The notes: a model not told the origin generated them from the sequence alone. Numbered from the stretch's first letter, positions 1 through 8,272 are shown. The stretch is 32,122 bases of DNA from Thermoanaerobaculia bacterium (GCA_049273755.1 JBASRI010000159.1:1-32122), one strand, 5' to 3'. Made by a program: numbers and translations.

Positions 1-53
1 CTTCTAGATATATTCCTAAACAAACGAAGAGGGAGGAAAGGAGGAATCAAGCC

Positions 54-416
54 ATGTCCTACAGCATATCGACCTTGCTGACCCGCAATCTTCACGACGT
101 CTTCGGTGAAAACGACCCCGCGCGTCGGCGCGCGGCCATCGACGAGATCTTCACCGAAGATTGCGTGTTCTATGAGCCCAGGGGCGTCTACCGGGGCCGC
201 GACGAGATCGATCGCGTCGCGGGCGCGATCAAGGCTACTCACCCGGACTTTCGATATCAGCCAATTGCCGGGCCCGAGGAATTGGGCAATGGCGGGCGGA
301 TCCAATGGGTATCGGGCCGCCCTGGTGAGGCGCCAGCTTACGCCGGGACTGATTTCATCATTGCCCGGGACGGCCGGATTGCCGCCGTTTATCTCTTTTT
401 CGACAAGGTGCCCTGA
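54..416 (+). CDS. SnoaL-like / NTF2-fold domain protein (120 aa)
   Basis: ATG preceded by aggaaaggagg RBS. Recalled SnoaL-type pattern: IDEIFTEDCVFYEP..GVYRGRDEI...DFIIARDGRIAAVYLFFD. TGA stop upstream of attC. Confidence 0.75.
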   Translation: MSYSISTLLTRNLHDVFGENDPARRRAAIDEIFTEDCVFYEPRGVYRGRDEIDRVAGAIKATHPDFRYQPIAGPEELGNGGRIQWVSGRPGEAPAYAGTDFIIARDGRIAAVYLFFDKVP

Positions 417-495
417 GCAACCAAACGCGGCAGATCCCATCATCAAGACGGGACGCTTTTGGGTGAGAGGCGAGGGAGCCATCGGAAAGGGTGGC

Positions 496-571
496 GCCTA
501 ACATGCGCGTGCAGCGTACTCGCTCGTCGGCTTCGCCTCCTCACTCGCCGCTGACGCGCCACTCGTTCGGC
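496..571 (+). repeat. attC site (76 bp)
   Basis: gcctaacatgcgcgtgcagcg...ctcgccgctgacgcgccactcgttcggc. R'' is GCCTAAC; R' is the variant GTTCGGC. Confidence 0.8.
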
Positions 572-612
572 GGACTGCCGCACGTCATCTTTAGGGGAAA
601 GACATTCGATTC

Positions 613-1059
613 ATGAGTCAGTGGGAGCGTCTTTTCATTGACGGGGAGTTCATGTCCCGGGCTCGCCTGCTCTCGGGTCTGACGGTCGAGCAGGTGAGCG
701 TGCGGCCACCTGGGCTCCCGCATACGATCTACGAGGAGCTCTGGCACACAACCAAGTGGCAGTCGATCGTCGTTCAATGCGATGAACCAGCCGCAGCTGC
801 ATGGATCGACGGGGGACAGGACTTTCCCTCAGAGGCTCCTGGCAACGAGCGCATGTGGGAGGATCTCGTCAGTGAGTTTCTCGCCGGGTCGGAGACGGCA
901 GTAGAGTTAGGGCGCTCGCCTGAGGCGCTGATGGAGAAAGTGGGCCCGGGCGTCACGCTTGCCGAGAAGCTCGAGAGCTTGGCCGTTCATAATGCTTACC
1001 ACCTCGGGAAGATCGTTGCCCTGCGTCAGGTCATCGATGCGTGGCCCCCACCGGGGTAG
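613..1059 (+). CDS. DinB-family (DinB_2-like) protein (148 aa)
   Basis: ORF begins 42 nt after attC. C-terminal HNAYHLGKI motif and overall helical-bundle pattern recall DinB/YfiT-like proteins. Confidence 0.65.
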   Translation: MSQWERLFIDGEFMSRARLLSGLTVEQVSVRPPGLPHTIYEELWHTTKWQSIVVQCDEPAAAAWIDGGQDFPSEAPGNERMWEDLVSEFLAGSETAVELGRSPEALMEKVGPGVTLAEKLESLAVHNAYHLGKIVALRQVIDAWPPPG

Positions 1060-1168
1060 GTTCAGTGGCTCTCAGGCGTATCCAGGGACCGACATGGTGA
1101 CATTGAGCTGAGTGGCGACAGGAGATGCACCCATTGCTGAGAGCGGCCGAACACGGGCGTGAAGCTGA

Positions 1169-1475
1169 CGGGCCTGCGGCCCGCAGCTTACGCCGATCGA
1201 GACACTCGAGAAAGAGATCGAGGGGCTGTCGCCCCAGGAGATGCGGGCGTTTCGGCGCTGGTTCGAGGAGTTTGACGCGGAGCTTTGGGACCGGGAGCTC
1301 GAGCGCGATGTGGTGGCCGGGAAACTCGACCGGTTGGCCGACGCAGCGGTCGCGGCACACAAGCGAGGCGAGGCCGAGACATTTGAGGCATCATGCGACG
1401 CCGGAATTCTGGCGGCTTTTCGATCAGTTGCCTGAGACGGTGCGCGATCAGGCTCTTATCTCCCAGATTCATTAA
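1169..1475 (+). pseudogene. Degenerate toxin-antitoxin remnant: antitoxin-like fragment with no start codon, plus a 31-codon 5' fragment of a toxin-like gene
   Basis: One frame reads ..IETLEKEIEGLSPQEMRAFRRWFEEFDAELWDRELERDVVAGKLDRLADAAVAAHKRGEAETF with no ATG/GTG/TTG between the upstream TGA (1166-1168) and M at 1241. An overlapping frame from TTG 1383 reads (M)RHHATPEFWRLFDQLPETVRDQA then stops at 1473-1475, 12 nt before the next gene. Confidence 0.35.
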
Positions 1476-1487
1476 GGGGGCCACAAA

Positions 1488-1973
1488 ATGCAGAGATTTC
1501 TAGCGATACTGGCGGCGGTGAGTCTGTCGACGACGGCGATCGGCAACCAGTCGCCGAAGCCCGCCGCGGAAACAAAGGCGGGCGGTAAGGCGCCGCTGAT
1601 GCTGTCGTTTACCGATCTGAAGTGGACCGAGCTGCCCGAGCTGAAGGGAACGCAGTTCGCCGTGCTCTCGGGCGACCCCAAGACGGGGCCGTACACGCAG
1701 ATGCGTAAGGTCCCGGCCGGCACTGACAATCCGCTGCATGCGCACAGCAGCGAGATCACGAATGTGATCATCAGTGGCGTCTTGTACACCGGCAAAGATG
1801 CGGCGTCGGCCAAGGATTTCGGGCCCGGGTCGGTCGTGATGATGCCTGCCAACTGGGTGCACGTGAGCGGCTGCCGCGCCGGAAGCGATTGCGTGTTCTA
1901 CCAGGAGGGCAAGGGCAAGTTCGACTACAAGCCCGTTGCGGCCGAGGCGCCCGGTGCAAAGCCAGGCCAGTAG
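1488..1973 (+). CDS. Secreted cupin-domain protein (DUF4437-like, 161 aa)
   Basis: N-terminal signal peptide MQRFLAILAAVSLSTTAIG. Cupin-like PAGTDNPLHAHSSEITNVIISG ... MPANWVHV. Confidence 0.65.
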   Translation: MQRFLAILAAVSLSTTAIGNQSPKPAAETKAGGKAPLMLSFTDLKWTELPELKGTQFAVLSGDPKTGPYTQMRKVPAGTDNPLHAHSSEITNVIISGVLYTGKDAASAKDFGPGSVVMMPANWVHVSGCRAGSDCVFYQEGKGKFDYKPVAAEAPGAKPGQ

Positions 1974-2054
1974 CGGGATATTCGTCGCTCCCGAAGCGGG
2001 TCAGTGGCGTTTCAGCGCCTGGCTGTAGGTTCCCGGTCCGATGAATCAACGGCG

Positions 2055-2130
2055 GCCTAGAACGCGCGTTCAGCGGACTCGCTCGTCGGCTTCGCCTCCT
2101 CGCTCGCCGCTGACCCGCCACCCGTTAGGC
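2055..2130 (+). repeat. attC site (76 bp, variant R'' region gcctagaac)
   Basis: gcctagaacgcgcgttcagcggactcgctcgtcggcttcgcctcctcgctcgccgctgacccgccacccgttaggc. Confidence 0.8.
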
Positions 2131-2245
2131 CGACGCATCGTCCTCCTTGCGAAGGCGGTCGCACCGCCAACGTTTCATCACGGGTAGACTCGACATGTTT
2201 CAGCACCCCCGGGGCGCGTCCAAACCGACTCACTGGGAGGCAATA

Positions 2246-2764
2246 GTGAGCGACTCCTTCCGTAGACTGGTGCTCTGTACCGTGGTTCTCAGCTCAGTCT
2301 CACCGCTACCGGCTGCGACCCATCATGAAGACGAGGCGGAAATCCGCGCGGTTGCAATGCGCCAAGGCGAGACGTGGAGCCGCCATGATGCGAAGGCCTA
2401 TGCGGGGCTGTTCACGGAGGATTGCGATGTCGTGAACGTAGTCGGCTGGTGGTGGAAGGGACGCGCGGAGCTCGAGCGGAAGCTCACCGCGGCCTTCACT
2501 TACACGTTTAGCGAGAGCCAGCTCACAATCACAGACGTGCAGGTGCGATTTCTGTCGCCCAACATCGCCCTCGCACATGCTCGCTGGACTATGACCGGTG
2601 CCCGGACGCCGCCTGGCATTCCGGAGCCCCGCTCGGGCATTCAGACCTTGGTGTTCACCAAGCAGGCGGAGCATTGGCTGATCGCGGGGTTTCAGAATAC
2701 GCACAGTATCCCCGAGCAGCCATTCCCGACGGCGCCCACAAAGCCTCCTGAGCGAAAGCCGTAG
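2246..2764 (+). CDS. SgcJ/EcaC-family, DUF4440-like NTF2-fold protein (about 172 aa from the GTG; the ORF opens at 2147)
   Basis: GTG 2246 follows ggagg RBS at 5 nt. Signal-like N-terminus. Motifs DEAEIRAV..ETWSRHDAKAYAGLFTEDCDVVNVVG..GRAEL...VRFLSPNIALAHARW...WLIAGFQNT. Confidence 0.75.
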   Translation: MSDSFRRLVLCTVVLSSVSPLPAATHHEDEAEIRAVAMRQGETWSRHDAKAYAGLFTEDCDVVNVVGWWWKGRAELERKLTAAFTYTFSESQLTITDVQVRFLSPNIALAHARWTMTGARTPPGIPEPRSGIQTLVFTKQAEHWLIAGFQNTHSIPEQPFPTAPTKPPERKP

Positions 2765-2817
2765 GGCGTGAGTCAGTGACTACCGGGAGCCGCAATGCCA
2801 GCGACTCAAAACACGCG

Positions 2818-2893
2818 GCCTAACACCTGGGTGCAGCGGACTCGCTCGTCGCCTTCGGCTCGGAGCTCGCCGCTGACGCGCCACTCGTTAGGC
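2818..2893 (+). repeat. attC site (76 bp)
   Basis: gcctaacacctgggtgcagcggactcgctcgtcgccttcggctcggagctcgccgctgacgcgccactcgttaggc. Confidence 0.85.
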
Positions 2894-2918
2894 CGCTCCA
2901 GACCAAGGAGGTAGCACC

Positions 2919-3407
2919 ATGCGACGCGTTGTCCTCGTAGTTTGGGCTGCCGCCCAAATGTCCATTCTGAGCGGACACCTCCTCGCCGGCGACAAGCTGG
3001 TAGCCGAGGATGAGCTCGCTAGAGTTAAACGCGAGTACGCCGACGTTGTCGCGCTTCAGGGCAAGTCGAAGGGCGAAATTCTAGCCATCGCCCGGATTCT
3101 TCGGGCGAATCCCGAAATGGTGATCGACCGTACGGCTGAGAGTGGCGAATACTGCTTCCAAAGCGGCCTGGGTACCATGGTTCACTTTGCTGCCGAGCCG
3201 GAGCACACGTCGGAGGATGTTCTCTACGAGTTCGACGCCTCTGGTCTGATCGCGGCAGGCCTGGACCCGGCGCGCATGAAACGGCTACCTGAACTGGGCC
3301 GAATGACACCTGGCGTGTGGTATTTCCTCCCAAAGGGGCAGCTAGACCCGCATCACGCGCACGCGATGACCGGCCCCACGATAGCAATTGCAGTCAACGT
3401 GAAGTGA
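2919..3407 (+). CDS. Hypothetical secreted protein (162 aa)
   Basis: aaggagg RBS, ATG 26 nt after attC, hydrophobic N-terminus. No family recognised. Confidence 0.65.
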   Translation: MRRVVLVVWAAAQMSILSGHLLAGDKLVAEDELARVKREYADVVALQGKSKGEILAIARILRANPEMVIDRTAESGEYCFQSGLGTMVHFAAEPEHTSEDVLYEFDASGLIAAGLDPARMKRLPELGRMTPGVWYFLPKGQLDPHHAHAMTGPTIAIAVNVK

Positions 3408-3418
3408 ATCGAAAAGCG

Positions 3419-3440
3419 GCCTCACATGCGCCGGCTAGGC
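3419..3440 (+). repeat. 22-bp mini attC-like remnant (gcctcac-atgcgccg-gctaggc)
   Basis: R''-like and R'-like boxes are present but the whole central part is missing. It lies exactly where a cassette boundary is expected, between an unrelated ORF and the TA module. Confidence 0.4.
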
Positions 3441-3454
3441 AGCCCTGAGGAGCC

Positions 3455-3483
3455 TTGACGTCATAACGTCAAAGCGCTAAGAT
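3455..3483 (+). promoter_or_regulatory. Sigma70-type promoter of the TA cassette, with an operator-like palindrome
   Basis: TTGACG (3455-3460), 17-nt spacer, TAAGAT (3478-3483). Inverted repeat TTGACG-tcataa-CGTCAA (3455-3472) overlaps the -35. ATG 3490 is only 6 nt past the -10, so the transcript is probably leaderless. Confidence 0.55.
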
Positions 3484-3489
3484 GGCGGC

Positions 3490-3720
3490 ATGCGTAGCGT
3501 TAAGAGAGCGACCGTGTATTTCGAACCCGAGATCCATCGGGCCTTGCGGCTCAAGGCAGCGGCATCGGACAAGTCGATCTCCGACATGGTGAACGACGCG
3601 GTGAAGTTGACCCTGGCCGAGGACGCCGAGGACCTGGAAGCGATCGAGTCACGCAAGCGAGAGCCGAATCTCGACTTTGAGCAGTTCGTAAAGGCTCTCA
3701 AACGTCGTGGCAAGTTATAG
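3490..3720 (+). CDS. Ribbon-helix-helix (CopG/RelB-like) antitoxin (76 aa)
   Basis: N-terminal RHH pattern KRATVYFEPEIHRALRLKAAASDKSISDMVNDAV. Overlaps the downstream toxin gene by 14 nt. Confidence 0.8.
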   Translation: MRSVKRATVYFEPEIHRALRLKAAASDKSISDMVNDAVKLTLAEDAEDLEAIESRKREPNLDFEQFVKALKRRGKL

Positions 3721-3970
3721 GGTTCTGATCAAGCCGTCCGCGGCCAAGGAGATCGAGGCCGTTGACCAAAAAAAAGACCGGCAGCGCATCGTGGCGAGCA
3801 TTCTGGCGCTGGCCAAGGAGCCACGCCCTGTCGGCTGCGAGAAGCTGGCCGGGGAGGGCGATCGCTATCGGGTTCGGGTCGGCCGATATCGGGTTGTGTA
3901 CACGATCGCTGATGCTGAGCTGCAGGTGCTCGTCGTACGAGTCGCAGATCGTAAAGATGTCTATCGATAG
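3707..3970 (+). CDS. RelE/ParE-family toxin (87 aa)
   Basis: GTG start overlapping the antitoxin. Pattern YRVLIKPSAAKEIEAV....RIVASILALAKEPRP.G.EKL.G..DRYRVRVGRYRVVYTI.D..L.VLVVRV.DRKDVY is typical of the family. Confidence 0.8.
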   Translation: MASYRVLIKPSAAKEIEAVDQKKDRQRIVASILALAKEPRPVGCEKLAGEGDRYRVRVGRYRVVYTIADAELQVLVVRVADRKDVYR

Positions 3971-3973
3971 GCC

Positions 3974-4052
3974 GCCTAACGCGCGGGTGCAGCGGACTCG
4001 CTCCTCGCCTTCGGCTAGTCACTACTCGCCGCTGACCCGCCACCCGTTAGGC
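3974..4052 (+). repeat. attC site (79 bp)
   Basis: gcctaacgcgcgggtgcagcggactcgctcctcgccttcggctagtcactactcgccgctgacccgccacccgttaggc. Confidence 0.85.
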
Positions 4053-4075
4053 CGCTGTCGTTGAGGAGGTCCTAG

Positions 4076-4915
4076 GTGCTGACCGACCACGGCAAGCAAC
4101 GAACAAGTTACGGTTTCCTTTGCGCAACGCCGTTTATCGCATTCGGCGCCGCGGCTGTGCGCCCGCTTCGCATCCCGGGTGTGTATCACGTTATCGGAGG
4201 AGTACTGTTTGCGGCGATATCCACCGCCGCGTGGACACTGGGTGCGCGGGCGATCAGAGCCGATGCGCAGAGTCGGCGACAGCTCGCGCTCGCAGGTACG
4301 CTCCTTGTGACACCATTTGCGATGGTTGCACTCTTCTGGGTCGGCATTGGAGCACCCTGGGCGGCATCCGCGGCAGAGAACCAAATGCGCTACCTTGTCC
4401 TAATTGCGATGGCGCTGGCGGCAACGGGTGGATTCGTGGTGCTCAAGGAAGCACTAAGCCAAGCCAGCGAGCGCCTCCATTCGACGCTCGGCTTCGCCGC
4501 GGTCATACTCGCCTGTTCCCTCTATCTCATCTGGAATGCCTTCGTGTTCGGAGCGTATTTCGCCCAGGAACACGGTGGGGCAATGCCTTCGGCGATTGTC
4601 TCGCTCCATCCATTTCGGGATCTCGTCGTATCCCTGGCGGGCGCTCTGACCTATGCCGCGACGGCAGCGTTTGCGGCTTCTCTCGCCCGAACCCAATGGT
4701 TGGGCCGCAAGGCATCCCTCGCATATATCATCGTGAACTTCATCGCATTGTTCTTCATCGTGATCAAAGTACTGGAACATCCGGACCCTGCGGCGGCCTC
4801 TCAACCCTGGTACACCATTCCCGGTTTCATTCTCGGGGTCCCTGCTCTTCCATTGATCATGCCGTCTTTGTTGGGAGTCGTCTTGCTGCGGCGCGCTGGG
4901 GACGAGCAACAGTGA
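4076..4915 (+). CDS. Multi-pass integral membrane protein, unknown function (279 aa)
   Basis: GTG after gaggagg RBS. About 8 hydrophobic segments. The competing frame 4120-4938 is Arg/Gly-rich junk. Confidence 0.65.
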   Translation: MLTDHGKQRTSYGFLCATPFIAFGAAAVRPLRIPGVYHVIGGVLFAAISTAAWTLGARAIRADAQSRRQLALAGTLLVTPFAMVALFWVGIGAPWAASAAENQMRYLVLIAMALAATGGFVVLKEALSQASERLHSTLGFAAVILACSLYLIWNAFVFGAYFAQEHGGAMPSAIVSLHPFRDLVVSLAGALTYAATAAFAASLARTQWLGRKASLAYIIVNFIALFFIVIKVLEHPDPAAASQPWYTIPGFILGVPALPLIMPSLLGVVLLRRAGDEQQ

Positions 4916-4961
4916 CGACGACGGTACGGCTGCGATGAATGTCGCGAATGAGTAACGAGCG

Positions 4962-5037
4962 GCCTAACACCCGCGCGCAGCGGACCCGCTCATCAGCTTC
5001 GCCTCGTCGCTCGCCGCTAACCCGCCACCCGTTAGGC
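4962..5037 (+). repeat. attC site (76 bp)
   Basis: gcctaacacccgcgcgcagcggacccgctcatcagcttcgcctcgtcgctcgccgctaacccgccacccgttaggc. Confidence 0.85.
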
Positions 5038-5059
5038 GGCTTGGCCAATTCCGTCCGCG

Positions 5060-5656
5060 TTGGTCATTCCTGCCGATTACGACCGGAGGCGTCGGTTGGG
5101 TGAACTCATCTACTTCGTCATCTCGTCCTTAGACGGCTACATCGAGGACAAGAGCGGAAAGTTCGACTGGGCTGAGCCAGAGGAAGAGGTCCACCGCTTC
5201 GTCAACGATCTCGAACGGCAGGCCGGCACCTATCTGTACGGTCGGCGGATGTACGAGACCATGCGGGCCTGGGAGACTGATCCCACCCTCGCCGCTGCCT
5301 CTCCTCTCATGCAGGACTTCGCGACCATATGGAAGGCGGCCGACAAGATCGTGTTCTCTAGCAGCCTCGAGAAGGCCTCAACTTCGAGAACTCGAATCGA
5401 GCGCCGCTTTGACCCCGAGCTGGTCCGTCAGCTGAAAGCCAACGTTCGCCACGAAATCCTAGTCGGAGGGCCCGAACTTGCCAGCCACGCGTTCAAAGCT
5501 GGCCTCGTCGACAAGTGCCACTTGTTCCTCTTCCCCATCATCGTAGGAGGGGGAAAGAAGAGCCTCCCTGATGACGTCCGTTTAAGGCTAGAACTCGAGG
5601 ACCAACGGCGGTTCAGCGATGGGACAATCTTCCTTAGCTATGCCTGCAAGGTCTGA
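5060..5656 (+). CDS. Dihydrofolate-reductase-family protein (RibD C-terminal domain type, about 185-198 aa)
   Basis: LIYFVISSLDGYIEDKSGKFDW ... YLYGRRMYE ... ILVGGPELA...GLVDK.HLFLFPIIVGGGKK. Start is uncertain (TTG 5060 or the TTG about 35 nt downstream). Confidence 0.75.
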   Translation: MVIPADYDRRRRLGELIYFVISSLDGYIEDKSGKFDWAEPEEEVHRFVNDLERQAGTYLYGRRMYETMRAWETDPTLAAASPLMQDFATIWKAADKIVFSSSLEKASTSRTRIERRFDPELVRQLKANVRHEILVGGPELASHAFKAGLVDKCHLFLFPIIVGGGKKSLPDDVRLRLELEDQRRFSDGTIFLSYACKV

Positions 5657-5689
5657 AGTCCCCTCGCCGCGACTTCGCGGACCCAAGCC

Positions 5690-5765
5690 GCCTAACATGC
5701 GCCTGCAGCGGACCCGCTCATCGCCTTCGGCTCTTCGCTCGCCGCTGACGCGCCGCCCGTTAGGC
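5690..5765 (+). repeat. attC site (76 bp)
   Basis: gcctaacatgcgcctgcagcggacccgctcatcgccttcggctcttcgctcgccgctgacgcgccgcccgttaggc. Confidence 0.85.
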
Positions 5766-5772
5766 CACTAGC

Positions 5773-6186
5773 ATGATGCGACGCGCTCCAGCCGGTCCCC
5801 GAAGATCAACGGCAGGGCTGATCCTGGAGGTACTGTGGCTCCTTGTCGGCGTACTCGCCATGAGCCAGGGTGGCTTGGGCGCCGTTGGCACCTCGACGCA
5901 GCATCCGAGTGCGCGGTCGTCATATCAACTCCTCACGGCATTCGGATTCGTGGCGCTTGGCGCGTCCGCCACTCATGCGATGCGCGGGCGAGCCTTCTTG
6001 ATCGTCGGGAGCGTTGCCGGGGGCGTTCTGACGCTCTACGGTCTCGCCCTCATTCTTCTCGGGCATGAAGATGTCGGTGGCCTCCGGGCGGCATTACCGT
6101 TCGGCGCCGGGGCCGTTGCCTTGGGGCTTTGGACTGTTGCAGAGGTGCGAAATCGCGCGCGGGAGAGGCGAGTCAATGTGGCCTAA
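5773..6186 (+). CDS. Small integral membrane protein (137 aa)
   Basis: 4 hydrophobic segments. Starts 8 nt after attC. The stop TAA is the TAA of the next attC R'' box. Confidence 0.6.
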   Translation: MMRRAPAGPRRSTAGLILEVLWLLVGVLAMSQGGLGAVGTSTQHPSARSSYQLLTAFGFVALGASATHAMRGRAFLIVGSVAGGVLTLYGLALILLGHEDVGGLRAALPFGAGAVALGLWTVAEVRNRARERRVNVA

Positions 6187-6256
6187 CACGCGGGTGCAGC
6201 GGACTCGCTCATCGCCTTCGGCTCTTCGCTCGCCGCTGACGCGCCGCCCGTTAGGC
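6181..6256 (+). repeat. attC site (76 bp)
   Basis: gcctaacacgcgggtgcagcggactcgctcatcgccttcggctcttcgctcgccgctgacgcgccgcccgttaggc. Confidence 0.85.
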
Positions 6257-6281
6257 GGCACTTGGCTCAAGGAGGTCTGAG

Positions 6282-6488
6282 ATGGAACGTAGCGGCTACC
6301 GGACGGTCTCGGGGATGGTGTTCGGCTTGATCGCAATCGGCCAGGGGATCCGGGCGGCACTGCAAGTGCCAGTGCAGGTGGGTTCGATGGCGATCCCAGT
6401 GTGGGTGTCTTGGGTTGCGGTCGTAGTGGCGGGGAGTCTTTGCGTTTGGGCATTTCGGTCATCGGCGCAACATCAGCGTGCCGCCTAA
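6282..6488 (+). CDS. Small membrane protein (68 aa)
   Basis: aaggagg RBS, two hydrophobic helices, stop TAA inside the R'' of the next attC. Confidence 0.6.
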   Translation: MERSGYRTVSGMVFGLIAIGQGIRAALQVPVQVGSMAIPVWVSWVAVVVAGSLCVWAFRSSAQHQRAA

Positions 6489-6556
6489 CGTGCATGCAGC
6501 GGACTCGTTCGTCGCCTTCGGCTCCTCACTCGCCGCTGACGCGCAAGCCGTTAGGC
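6483..6556 (+). repeat. attC site (74 bp)
   Basis: gcctaacgtgcatgcagcggactcgttcgtcgccttcggctcctcactcgccgctgacgcgcaagccgttaggc. Confidence 0.85.
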
Positions 6557-6594
6557 GGCGATAGCATCTACTCGCAACAAGCGGAGGTGCGGCC

Positions 6595-7104
6595 ATGCGG
6601 CAGCTCGTCGTAGTCCTGAAGTCCCTATTCATGGCGGGCTGCGCCGTCGTAATCTTCGGCGTCATCACCTGGCAGGTCCGGCGCTTGGACCCGCTGATCT
6701 TGGTCACCCTGCCGCCTTGGACGGCGGTCGGCGGTGTCGTCCTGATGGTCGCGGGCGCGGTCCTCGCCTTTGCCTGCTTTGGTCTCTTCGCGGCGAGCGG
6801 CGCGCTATCTCCGGGCACCCATTTTCCCGACCCGGAGGTGTTCATCTCCTGGGGGCCGTACAAGTACGTCCGTAACCCGATGACCAAAGGGGCCTGGACT
6901 GTGCTGTGCGGCTGGGGCTTCTACAAACACTCTCCATCGATTCTTCTCTTCGCCGTGCTGATGGCCGCTTTCATGCACCTGTTTATCGTCTTCGTCGAGG
7001 AACCGAGGGTGGAGCGGCGGTTCGGGGAGAGCTATCGGGAGTACAAGCGCCGGGTGAATCGGTGGGTTCCGAGTTGGCGGTCACTGGTCGGGGGCGCCGC
7101 CTAA
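6595..7104 (+). CDS. Isoprenylcysteine carboxyl methyltransferase / phospholipid methyltransferase-family membrane protein (169 aa)
   Basis: GPYKYVRNPM motif followed by EEP.VERRFGESYREYKRRV. Several TM helices. Stop TAA inside attC R''. Confidence 0.75.
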   Translation: MRQLVVVLKSLFMAGCAVVIFGVITWQVRRLDPLILVTLPPWTAVGGVVLMVAGAVLAFACFGLFAASGALSPGTHFPDPEVFISWGPYKYVRNPMTKGAWTVLCGWGFYKHSPSILLFAVLMAAFMHLFIVFVEEPRVERRFGESYREYKRRVNRWVPSWRSLVGGAA

Positions 7105-7174
7105 CACGCGCGTGCAGCGGACTCGCTCATTGCCTCCGGCTCTTCGCTCGCCGCCGACGCGCCGCCCGTTAGGC
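7099..7174 (+). repeat. attC site (76 bp)
   Basis: gcctaacacgcgcgtgcagcggactcgctcattgcctccggctcttcgctcgccgccgacgcgccgcccgttaggc. Confidence 0.85.
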
Positions 7175-7224
7175 GCCTCGCACGTAAGACGGCGGACGGG
7201 GCGCCGTCTCGAAAGGAGAGCCGG

Positions 7225-8130
7225 ATGAGGAACCTGTCGTCGTGGCTTTTCGGCGCCCTCCTGGCCGCGACTCTCGGCGCCCGCGCGGCGAGCGCGGCTG
7301 CGCCTTTGAAGCTCAAAGTGTTCATTTCGGCCGACATGGAGGGCGTCGGCGGTGTCAGCACGTGGACGGTGCAGGCGGACTCCAAGGGCCGCGAGTACGA
7401 AAAGTTTCGACAGCTCATGACCAAAGAGGTCAACGCCGCGATTGCCGGCGCTTTCGACGCGGGCGCCACGGAAGTCGTGGTGGGCGACTCCCACGGCGAC
7501 GGGCAGAACATCGACGTGGAGCTGCTCGACAAGAGGGTCCGGCTGATTCGCGCCTGGCCGCGGCCGCTCGGAATGATGCAGGGTATCGACGAGACCTTCG
7601 GCGCGGTGGTATTCGTCGGCTACCACGCCGCGGAGGGGCGCCCCGCGGCGATCCTTTCCCACACGTTCACCGGCACGATGGAGGTCGAGCTCGACGGCGT
7701 GGCGGTCTCCGAAGCCGGCTTCAACGCCGCAATCGCGGGTGACTTCGGCGTGCCGGTGGTGTTTCTGTCGGGCGATCAGACCATCTGCGGGGACGCGCGC
7801 AAGCTCGTCGGCCCGATCGAAACGGCGGCCGTCAAGGACGCGACCGGCTTCTACTCGGCCTCCATGATGCACCCGGAGGAAGCGCAGAGGCGCATCCGGG
7901 AAGGTGTGCGGCGGGGTGTCGAGCGGCGGCGGGAGATCCAGCCGTATCGCGTGGCGAGGCCGGTGCGGCTCCAGTTGCGCTTCCACCAGGTCGTCGATGC
8001 CGAAGTCGTCTCGCTGCTCCCGGGCATGGAGCGTCCTTCCGGCAACGTCGTCGTCTTCCAGGGCCGCGACATGGTGGAGGTCACGAAGTTGATGGAAGCC
8101 ATCACGAACATGAACCGGGTCACCCCTTGA
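7225..8130 (+). CDS. M55-family D-aminopeptidase (DppA-like) with signal peptide (301 aa)
   Basis: ISADMEGVGGV, VVVGDSHGDGQNI, FVGYHAAEG..AILSHTF, VVFLSGD motifs. The antisense 301-aa ORF is Arg-rich shadow. Confidence 0.75.
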   Translation: MRNLSSWLFGALLAATLGARAASAAAPLKLKVFISADMEGVGGVSTWTVQADSKGREYEKFRQLMTKEVNAAIAGAFDAGATEVVVGDSHGDGQNIDVELLDKRVRLIRAWPRPLGMMQGIDETFGAVVFVGYHAAEGRPAAILSHTFTGTMEVELDGVAVSEAGFNAAIAGDFGVPVVFLSGDQTICGDARKLVGPIETAAVKDATGFYSASMMHPEEAQRRIREGVRRGVERRREIQPYRVARPVRLQLRFHQVVDAEVVSLLPGMERPSGNVVVFQGRDMVEVTKLMEAITNMNRVTP

Positions 8131-8272
8131 CTCCGGCGGCCAGTGGCAATGGTCGAGTGTGGCAGAGGCGTCGAGTCTTGAGCGCCGCCCGCCTGCGGGA
8201 TGTGGGCCGACGCGTCAACGCCTGAAGCGATCGAGAGGCCGTGATGGCGAGCAAACCCGAATGGGAATGGGC

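Noticed and set aside
6065-6613. Small ORFs translating the repeats (..NTRVQRTRSSPSA..SPLTRRPLGG..), also seen at 4857-5048, 8120-8374 and 12241-12426 and as N-terminal extensions of 10868-11509 and 12391-12747
   Set aside because: The same peptide recurs only because the ORFs read through attC sites. They are artefacts of the repeat, not a protein family.
7081-7986. 301-aa - strand ORF overlapping the M55 peptidase gene
   Set aside because: The + strand frame carries DppA/M55 motifs and a signal peptide. The - strand frame is Arg-rich and begins inside an attC.
8131-8272. 142-bp non-coding spacer between the M55 peptidase stop and its attC
   Set aside because: No ORF with an RBS, no promoter-like hexamers and no strong structure were noticed. 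It is probably just the 3' UTR of the cassette.
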